Source: Microcystis aeruginosa NIES-2549 (GTDB lineage: Bacteria; Cyanobacteriota; Cyanobacteriia; Cyanobacteriales; Microcystaceae). From it: DNA of 32,000 nucleotides. The notes beneath the pieces are model-generated. The model saw only the letters and a list, made by a program, of their open reading frames with translations. It did not search any database and was not told the DNA's origin. Position numbers and translations under genes: made by a program. Numbering within the stretch: position 1 is the stretch's first letter; every line of letters begins with the position of its first letter. Positions 18,292 to 25,332 of the stretch are shown piece by piece. The stretch covers positions 1,350,001-1,382,000 of the forward strand of contig NZ_CP011304.1 in the NCBI RefSeq assembly GCF_000981785.2. The letters are read 5' to 3'.

Positions 18292-21200
18292 ATGGCTATC
18301 ATCTACGTTAAATCCGGTTCTACTGGTAATGGTTCAGCGTGGAATAATGCTTATGGCGGTTTAGCAAGTGCCATAACTGCGGCACAAGCTGGCGATGAGA
18401 TTTGGGTGTCTGCGGGTACTTATAAACCCACGACGGGGACTGACAGAACCGCGAGTTTTACCCTAAAAAATAATGTCGGGATTTATGGCGGATTCGCCGG
18501 AACAGAAACCGCAGTAAATCAGCGTAATATTACCACTAATGTCACCATTTTAAGCGGTGAAATTGGTGTAGCGGGGATTGCGGATAATTCTTATCATGTT
18601 GTTACAGGAAGTAGTACGAATAATACAGCGATTCTCGACGGTTTTACGATTACGAAAGGGAATGCGAACGGTACGACGGGAAATCAGGGTACTGGTGGCG
18701 GAATGTACGTCAATAATGGCAGTCCTACCGTCAGAAATACAGTTTTTATTGATAATAATGCTACTTCTGGAGGTGGATTATACAACGAGCAGGGAAGCAA
18801 TCCTTTTCTGTCGGATGTACGGTTTGAATTTAATACTGCTACGGATGGAGCGGCGATTTATAATCGTTTGAGTAGTCCCTTCATTACTAATGCCACTTTT
18901 CGACTGAATACGGCGGTTAATAACGGTGGTGCGCTTTACAATGCTAGTAGTAGTAGTCCTACGGTGACTAATGCTGTTTTTACCCGAAATACAGCGACTA
19001 CAGCCGATGGGGGTGCAGTTTACAATATCTCAAGTCTTCCTAATTTCACTAATACTGATTTTAGTGGGAATGTGGCGGCGCGAGGAGGCGCGATTTCTAA
19101 TAATTCTAGTACCATTGGTTTAAGTAATAGTATTATCTACGGAAACCAAGATCGACGTGGTACAGGACCCGAAATTTTTAACAATGGCGGTACGATTAAT
19201 ACGAACAATAGCATCATTAAGGGCGGTGTCTTTAATGGTACGGATGTTGATCCCAAATTTGTTAACGCGAGTGGGGATGATTTACGCTTATTAGCAGGTT
19301 CTCCAGCTATAGATACAGGTAATTCTGCCTCATTACCAACGGATCGTCAAGATATTGATGCAGATGGCAATACTACAGAAGCTACGCCTTTAGATTTGGC
19401 GCGTAATCCCCGTATTGCTGGTTCTAGTGTGGATATTGGCGCGTTTGAGGGTGCAACTACGCCACCAACGGCGACTAAGCGCATTATTTATGTGAACGCG
19501 GCAGCGACAGGGGGTAATAGTGGTACTTCTTGGACGAATGCGTTTACTGATTTACAAGCAGCGTTAAATGCTGCACCCTTATTAGGGGATGAAATTTGGG
19601 TGGCTGCGGGTACTTATAAACCGACGACAACCACAGACAGGACAGCAACTTTTACCCTGAAAAACCAAGTTAAGGTTTATGGGGGTTTTGCTGGAACTGA
19701 AACGACTTTAGAGCAGCGAAATGTTACCAATAATGTCACTACTTTAAGTGGCGATATTGGAGGAACAACGAATGCTCAGGATAATGTTTATCACGTTGTT
19801 ACTGCGAGTTTTACCAATAATACAACGGTGTTAGATGGGTTTACCATTGCAGCAGGTAATGCCAATGGTACGGGAACGGATCAAAATAATGGCGGTGGTA
19901 TTTTTATCAATGATGGTACTCCGGTTTTGAGTAACCTAATTTTTGATAATAATAATGCTTCTGCTAATGGCGGAGGATTATTTAACACAGGTGCAAGTAA
20001 TCCTACCTTAACTAATGTTACTTTCCGTAATAATAATGCTGCCAATGGTGGAGGTATTTTTAACACGGGTAGCAGTAATCCTACCCTGACAAATGCGACA
20101 TTTACTAGCAATAATGCCAGTAGTCAAGGTGGTGCGATTTACAACAATAGTAGTAATCCCACTCTCAATACTGCTACTTTTACCAACAATACAGCCACGA
20201 ATAGTGGTGGTGCAATTTTCAATACCAGTAGCAATCCTACCCTCAATAATGTCACCTTCACTAATAACCGAACAACTGCATCTAGCGGTGGTGGTGGAGC
20301 GCTTTACAATGGTAGTAGCAGTAATCCCACCCTCAATCAAGTTAGCTTTCAACAAAACAGTTCGGCTAATGGGGGTGCAATCTTCAATACCAGTAGCAGT
20401 CCTATCCTAACTGATGTAACTTTTGGTAGTAATAGTGCTACTAATGGTGGTGCTATTTCTAACAACAGTAGCTATACAGCAGGGGGGACTAATTTTCATC
20501 TAACACGAGTTACTTTTACTAACAATAGTGCTAGTTTTCAAGGTGGGGCAATCTTTAACGCCAGTAGTAATCCCAGAATGACCAATATAACCTTTACTGG
20601 GAATACAACCACTGATCCAGCTAATGGTGGAACTGGAAGTGATCAAGGAGGTGCTATTTACAACACGAGTAGTAATCCCACTATCAATAGCACTACATTT
20701 AGTCAGAACAGCGCAAATAGCGATGGTGGTGCTATTTATAATTACTATAGTAGCCCAACTTTGACTGATATTACCTTCACCAACAACAGTAGCGTTAATG
20801 GTAGTGGTGGTGCAGTTTACAACACATATTACACCACTGCTACTCTAACCAACGCTAACTTTAATTTGAATAGTGCTAACAATGGTTTTGGTGGTGCTAT
20901 CTATGGTAGCAGTAGCAGTGTCATTAATCTAACTCAGAATAATTTCCAACAAAATAGTGCTAGTAGTGGTGGTGCGATTTACAACAGTAGCAGTAGTTCC
21001 AATCTGACCAATGTTAGCTTTAGTCAAAATGCTGCTAGTAGTAACGGTGGCGCAATTTATTCTACAAGTAGCAGTTCTACCCAAACTAATGTTACCTTCA
21101 GCCGTAATAATGCTATCAGTCAAGGGGGAGCAATTTGGATTAATGGAAGTGGTGCTAATACCTTAGTTAATACCAGTTTTTATGGCAATGCGTCCAGTAG

Positions 21201-23907
21201 CGGTAGTGCCATCTTTAATAGTGGAACTGCTCCTACTCTCCGTAATAGCATCATTTGGGGACATGGAGGAACAGCTATTGTCGGAAGTCCTACCATCACC
21301 AATAGTATCGTACAGGGAGGATATACCGGAACAGGAAACGTCACCGTTGATCCTTTAACAACTCCTGCAACTGCAATATTTGTTGATCCCAACTTCGATG
21401 ACTTACGCTTAAAAAGCGGTTCCCCTGCGATTGATGCAGGTAGCAATACTTTCCTCCCCGCAGACAGTCGAGACTTAGACAAAGACGGAAACACCACCGA
21501 ACCCCTCTCCCAAGACTTAGGGAATAATCCTCGCGTTAACGGTACTACAGTTGATATAGGTGCTTATGAATTTACACCCCCCGTCAATCAACCTCCTGTT
21601 ATCACTAACAAAACCTTTACCATTGCTAAAAGTAGTGCAGTGGGTGCTACCGTTGGTACTGTCCCCATTAGTGACCCCGAAAATAACCCTTTCACCGTCA
21701 CTATTACTAATGGTAATACTGACACAGATAACGACGGAACTCGTCCTTTTGCCATCAGTAACGCAGGAGTAATTACCGTTACTGACCCTGGTGATTTTGG
21801 CACAAATACAAGCTTTAATCTGACCATTGCTGCTAGTGATGGTAGCGCGACAGGAACAGGTAATGCAGTTATTAACTTAAATAGTCCGCCTACTGTTAAT
21901 AACGCCACCTTCTCTATTGTTAACAACAGTGCGGTGGGTGCAACTGTTGGTACTGTCACCGCCAGCGACCCGGAAAACAATCCCTTGACATTTAGCATTA
22001 CTAATGGTAATACGGACACAGATAATGACGGAACTCGTCCTTTTGCCATCAACAACTCAGGGGTAATTACCGTTACCGACCCCGGTGATTTTGGGACAAA
22101 TAACAGCTTTAATTTAACCGTCACCGCGAATGATGGTAACGCCACAGGAAACGGTGCAATTGTTGTTAACCTAACCAGTCCTGTCAACCGTCCCCCAGTG
22201 GTTAATGATGCTGTGTTTAGCATTTCTAAAACCAGTCCTAACGGTACAGTCGTCGGCACAATTAACGCCACTGACCCCGACAATAACCCCTTAACCTACA
22301 GTATCACCGCCGGAAATCCCGATACTGATGGGGACACTATCAAAGCCTTTGCTATTAGTAACACTGGGGTAATTACCGTTACCGATACTAATGATGTCAG
22401 CGCACAAACTAACCCCTTTAACCTGACAATTCAAGCCAGTGACGGCGCTTTAACCGATACGGGTATCGCTACCGTTAACCTAAATAATGTCAATCCTCTC
22501 AGCTTCCAACTGAAACTATATGAGGATAATAACGGGACAGTTGGCAGTGAAATTACTGGGAACAATCCCATTCTCGGTAATAGCTTCTTTGCGGAAATCC
22601 TCGTCGGTGATATTCGTACCAATGCAGCCGGTTTAATCATTAATTCCCTTGATTTTGGCTTCGCCGCTGATGTTGCTCAAAATATCAATAACTTCGCCGA
22701 TATTGGCAATGTCAACAGTCCCCTAGTTACTTCTAGTTTCCCCCTATTCCGAGGCGGGACTTTAGATAATACTAACGGACTAATTGATAACTTAAGTGGC
22801 GGTTCCGTCCCTCAAGCAAGTCAAGGTTCAGCGATTGGGGTCAATCAATTAAATCGCTTTAGTCTGCTACGATTTAATGTAGTCGGGACACGGGACAACT
22901 CCAACTTAAACCTCACCTTTGATCCTTCCCAAATTGGTTTTGCTGATGGCACATTTGCTGATCCTAATGGTACTTTAAGCTTAACCCGTAATATCATTAT
23001 CAATGATGCTCCCATCGTCGGTAGCATTAACAACGTCAACCTCGCCGAAAGAAACGCAGCAGGTACAGTAGTAGTAGCCGGTAACTTAGTCGAAGCAACC
23101 GATGATAATTACGGACAAACTCCCACCTTTAGCCTCAGTACCTCTCCTAAAGATGGCTCAGGAAATGACCTTTTTGCTATCAATGCAACCACTGGAGAAA
23201 TTACCCTCACTCAAGCAGGTTCTAATACCATTGACTATGAAAGTGGAGTAATATCCTATCAATTGGGAGTCAAAGCAACCGATGGTTATAAACTCTCTAC
23301 GGAAAAGACATTTAACGTTAATATTACTAACGTTAATGAAGGGACAATCGTAGTAGATAAAAACGCCATCACCTTCGGCACAAAACTCTCCCAATACCGC
23401 CAAGGTGCAACCGATAGCCTCTTTGTCCGTCCCAATTTTGCTGACCGAACCCAATACATTGATATTACTAATACCGCAGTGGGAACTAACGATGTACTCG
23501 CCATTGCTGGTATTACTGTCAACGCACAAAATGTCACCACAGATGCCAATTTTGCCAATGGAGACATACTGCTAAACCCCGGACAAACTCGACGTATTGC
23601 TTTAGCATATACACCCAAAGCAGCGCGAGAAAACTTTAATTTGGCTAACGGTTTAGTCATCAACAGTAATGCTCAAAACAATTCCGCTTTGAACATTCAA
23701 CTAACAGGGAAATCAACCTTTAACAGTGATATTTCCTACGATGGACGGGTGAATTTAACCGACTTAAACACCTTACAACGTCCGGGGTTATTCGGTAGTA
23801 GCAGTGGACAAACTAACTATGACCCTACTGCTGATATTACTGGAGATGGAAGAATTAATCTGTCCGAATTGGTTCCCTTAAATTCTGAATTTGGGTTAGT
23901 TATTTAG
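18292..23907 (+). CDS. Giant (1871-aa) surface-adhesin-like protein: 2 x right-handed beta-helix modules (Pmp-type GGAI/FxxN coils), 3+1 cadherin-like repeats, cohesin-like domain, beta-sandwich, C-terminal dockerin
   Basis: ATG at 18292 is preceded by GAGG 6 nt upstream. The TTG-extended ORF from 18157 adds a non-signal-like leader.
Domain layout read from the translation:
- Module A, 18292-19450.
- Module B, 19477-21573. Both modules open with IIYV..G..G.SW.NA...GDEIWV.AGTYKPT and close with DDLRL..GSPAID.G...D.DGNT.E...D.....R......VDIGA(F/Y)E.
- Cadherin-like repeats, 21592-22494.
- Cohesin-like domain, 22495-22990.
- Cadherin repeat ending NVNE, about 23000-23345.
- Dockerin, 23728-23904. 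Confidence 0.85.
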   Translation: MAIIYVKSGSTGNGSAWNNAYGGLASAITAAQAGDEIWVSAGTYKPTTGTDRTASFTLKNNVGIYGGFAGTETAVNQRNITTNVTILSGEIGVAGIADNSYHVVTGSSTNNTAILDGFTITKGNANGTTGNQGTGGGMYVNNGSPTVRNTVFIDNNATSGGGLYNEQGSNPFLSDVRFEFNTATDGAAIYNRLSSPFITNATFRLNTAVNNGGALYNASSSSPTVTNAVFTRNTATTADGGAVYNISSLPNFTNTDFSGNVAARGGAISNNSSTIGLSNSIIYGNQDRRGTGPEIFNNGGTINTNNSIIKGGVFNGTDVDPKFVNASGDDLRLLAGSPAIDTGNSASLPTDRQDIDADGNTTEATPLDLARNPRIAGSSVDIGAFEGATTPPTATKRIIYVNAAATGGNSGTSWTNAFTDLQAALNAAPLLGDEIWVAAGTYKPTTTTDRTATFTLKNQVKVYGGFAGTETTLEQRNVTNNVTTLSGDIGGTTNAQDNVYHVVTASFTNNTTVLDGFTIAAGNANGTGTDQNNGGGIFINDGTPVLSNLIFDNNNASANGGGLFNTGASNPTLTNVTFRNNNAANGGGIFNTGSSNPTLTNATFTSNNASSQGGAIYNNSSNPTLNTATFTNNTATNSGGAIFNTSSNPTLNNVTFTNNRTTASSGGGGALYNGSSSNPTLNQVSFQQNSSANGGAIFNTSSSPILTDVTFGSNSATNGGAISNNSSYTAGGTNFHLTRVTFTNNSASFQGGAIFNASSNPRMTNITFTGNTTTDPANGGTGSDQGGAIYNTSSNPTINSTTFSQNSANSDGGAIYNYYSSPTLTDITFTNNSSVNGSGGAVYNTYYTTATLTNANFNLNSANNGFGGAIYGSSSSVINLTQNNFQQNSASSGGAIYNSSSSSNLTNVSFSQNAASSNGGAIYSTSSSSTQTNVTFSRNNAISQGGAIWINGSGANTLVNTSFYGNASSSGSAIFNSGTAPTLRNSIIWGHGGTAIVGSPTITNSIVQGGYTGTGNVTVDPLTTPATAIFVDPNFDDLRLKSGSPAIDAGSNTFLPADSRDLDKDGNTTEPLSQDLGNNPRVNGTTVDIGAYEFTPPVNQPPVITNKTFTIAKSSAVGATVGTVPISDPENNPFTVTITNGNTDTDNDGTRPFAISNAGVITVTDPGDFGTNTSFNLTIAASDGSATGTGNAVINLNSPPTVNNATFSIVNNSAVGATVGTVTASDPENNPLTFSITNGNTDTDNDGTRPFAINNSGVITVTDPGDFGTNNSFNLTVTANDGNATGNGAIVVNLTSPVNRPPVVNDAVFSISKTSPNGTVVGTINATDPDNNPLTYSITAGNPDTDGDTIKAFAISNTGVITVTDTNDVSAQTNPFNLTIQASDGALTDTGIATVNLNNVNPLSFQLKLYEDNNGTVGSEITGNNPILGNSFFAEILVGDIRTNAAGLIINSLDFGFAADVAQNINNFADIGNVNSPLVTSSFPLFRGGTLDNTNGLIDNLSGGSVPQASQGSAIGVNQLNRFSLLRFNVVGTRDNSNLNLTFDPSQIGFADGTFADPNGTLSLTRNIIINDAPIVGSINNVNLAERNAAGTVVVAGNLVEATDDNYGQTPTFSLSTSPKDGSGNDLFAINATTGEITLTQAGSNTIDYESGVISYQLGVKATDGYKLSTEKTFNVNITNVNEGTIVVDKNAITFGTKLSQYRQGATDSLFVRPNFADRTQYIDITNTAVGTNDVLAIAGITVNAQNVTTDANFANGDILLNPGQTRRIALAYTPKAARENFNLANGLVINSNAQNNSALNIQLTGKSTFNSDISYDGRVNLTDLNTLQRPGLFGSSSGQTNYDPTADITGDGRINLSELVPLNSEFGLVI
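21592..22494 (+). repeat. Three tandem ~300-bp cadherin-like coding repeats (21592-21885, 21886-22191, 22192-22494)
   Basis: Repeats 1 and 2 share long, nearly identical nucleotide runs (for example GACGGAACTCGTCCTTTTGCCATCA). Repeat 3 is more diverged. Confidence 0.85.
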
Positions 23908-23921
23908 ATTAACTCTGTAGG

Positions 23922-23945
23922 TTGGGTTGACCCAAGGAAACCCAA
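23922..23945 (+). terminator. Hairpin TTGGGTT-N10-AACCCAA just after the giant-gene stop
   Basis: A 7-bp stem lies 15 nt after the stop codon. It has no U-tail. It resembles a dispersed cyanobacterial GTTGGGTT...AACCCAAC repeat as I remember it. Terminator function is uncertain. Confidence 0.3.
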
Positions 23946-24000
23946 GAATTCAGATTAATTATGATGGCTTTTGATTAGGTTTGATGGGTTAGCGCACTTC

Positions 24001-24219
24001 CTAAACCATCCTACAAAATAAAGGTTCAGGTAAGGGTTCATTATCTGCTTGATAAGCAATCATTAGGGATTCTATAGCTTCTTTTCCATTAGCGACAGCT
24101 TCCTCATAAGTATCTCCATGAGTACGCCAATATTGCCCTGGAAAATCAGGCAATGCAACCAAAAAACAATTATCTTCATCAGACCATTGAATCACCATGC
24201 GATATTTAATTTGTGCCAT
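24001..24219 (-). CDS. hicB: HicB-family antitoxin (short, UPF0150-like)
   Basis: MAQIKYRMVIQWSDEDNCFLVALPDFPG...THGDTYEEAVANGKEAIE is a HicB N-terminal fold pattern. The start lies 1 nt after the hicA stop. Confidence 0.7.
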   Translation of the reverse strand: MAQIKYRMVIQWSDEDNCFLVALPDFPGQYWRTHGDTYEEAVANGKEAIESLMIAYQADNEPLPEPLFCRMV

Positions 24220-24220
24220 T

Positions 24221-24352
24221 TTATTGATTCCTCTTAACTTCTTTTTCTTGATACAGTTTGGCATCGGTACTGTCTTTTCCAGAAACAGTAACTTTACCAG
24301 AGTACAAATGATGTACCCAGTTAGTGTGACTTCCCTTGCCGGGTTGTAGCAT
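24221..24352 (-). CDS. hicA: HicA-like toxin, unusually short (43 aa; possibly N-terminally truncated)
   Basis: My reverse-strand translation is MLQPGKGSHTNWVHHLYSGKVTVSGKDSTDAKLYQEKEVKRNQ*. GKGSH...VTVSG matches the HicA core, but the usual ~25-aa N-terminal helix is absent. Upstream in frame, VKKVSELKQ is preceded by TGA. Confidence 0.5.
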   Translation of the reverse strand: MLQPGKGSHTNWVHHLYSGKVTVSGKDSTDAKLYQEKEVKRNQ

Positions 24353-24395
24353 TTGTTTTAACTCACTAACTTTTTTAACTCAGGAGAACTACATT

Positions 24396-25016
24396 ATGTC
24401 TAGTCTGACTACTCAATTCAACCTCAAAACTGATAATAGTGGCCTAGTGGGAACTATTATTAATAGTCCTCTCCGTGTAGGCGATAGATTTTTTGTAGAA
24501 ATTTTAATGGAAAATAGTGATATTAATCCAGTCGGTATCACTAGCAGTGCCATTAATTTATCCTTCGATCCTCGCTCAATTCAAAACATCGATAATCCTT
24601 TCACTCCCTCAGATATCAATAGTCCTCTTGTTACCTCTAGGTTCCCCTTTGGACGGACGGGAATCTTAGACAATACCAATGGTTCAATTACTAACTTAGG
24701 CGGCGGTGCTTTCCCCTTAGCAGGCATTGGTTCACCTCTGGGAATTAATCAATTGGATACTTTTAGTTTATTGCACTTCCAAGTAATCGGCAATGGTAAT
24801 TCTAGTCTGGTACTTAATATTGATTTATCTCAAACTGGTTTTAGCGATGGCAGTGTTGCCAGTTATTCTGGCAATCAAAGTCAGTTTATAAAAATAGTTC
24901 AAGTGGGTTCATCGACAGCTATTCCCGAACCTTCTACAATTTTGGCAATAGTAATATTAGGGTTAGGTGTATTGCTGTCTAAAAAGCGCAATCAAGACAA
25001 TAGTAATGATGGTTAA
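24396..25016 (+). CDS. Cohesin-like domain protein with PEP-CTERM anchor
   Basis: ATG at 24396 with AGGAG 10 nt upstream. Residues ~5-160 are paralogous to giant-protein residues encoded at 22495-22990. The shared blocks are NSPLVTS.FP, LDNTNG.I.NL.GG, NQL..FSLL.F.V.G and SQ.GF.DG. The C-terminus is IPEPSTILAIVILGLGVLLSKKR. No N-terminal signal peptide is visible. Confidence 0.75.
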   Translation: MSSLTTQFNLKTDNSGLVGTIINSPLRVGDRFFVEILMENSDINPVGITSSAINLSFDPRSIQNIDNPFTPSDINSPLVTSRFPFGRTGILDNTNGSITNLGGGAFPLAGIGSPLGINQLDTFSLLHFQVIGNGNSSLVLNIDLSQTGFSDGSVASYSGNQSQFIKIVQVGSSTAIPEPSTILAIVILGLGVLLSKKRNQDNSNDG

Positions 25017-25279
25017 TTGATGTTTTTCGGGGACGTAAGCGATCGAGTTTACATCCCCGTGTGTAGTTTAGTCAACTTGGTTCATTATGCAAATCGATGT
25101 TACACTTAGCTGGAAACCCTATCCGGCAAGGGATTAATTCAATTTAGAGCGGGAAAAAAACACGAAAGACTTATCTGGAAGGTGTTTCAATCCCTTAGGC
25201 TCCTGATAAACCGCCGAGAAGCATACCAAACTCAGAAGAGCCATTTTCAGTAACAACCTTATCTGTAAGAAAGCCGCCA

Positions 25280-25318
25280 TGAAAAAGGACACAAGGTAAC
25301 TTGTGTCCTTGTCGAAGC
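25280..25318 (-). terminator. Hairpin repeat, copy 2; acts as the dnaK intrinsic terminator
   Basis: On the minus strand, AAGGACACAAG-ttac-CTTGTGTCCTT is followed by TTTTC, about 20 nt after the dnaK stop. The core is identical to 13082-13104. Confidence 0.7.
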
Positions 25319-25332
25319 TAGGAACTTAATTT

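Noticed and set aside
18578-23663. Numerous 60-230-aa ORFs on both strands inside the giant gene (for example 21588-22283 minus, 20008-20355 minus, 23286-23663 minus)
   Set aside because: They lie wholly within a much longer ORF of coherent domain structure. Their translations are low-complexity mirrors of the repetitive Asn/Thr/Gly/Ser codons. They have no independent start context.
25100-25220. CRISPR-repeat-like strings (GTTTCAATCCCTTAGG at about 25184; AAACCCTATCCGGCAAGGGATTAATTC at about 25115) spaced about 70 bp apart
   Set aside because: There are only two weakly similar segments, in opposite orientation, with no third repeat and no cas genes. They are at best degenerate debris.
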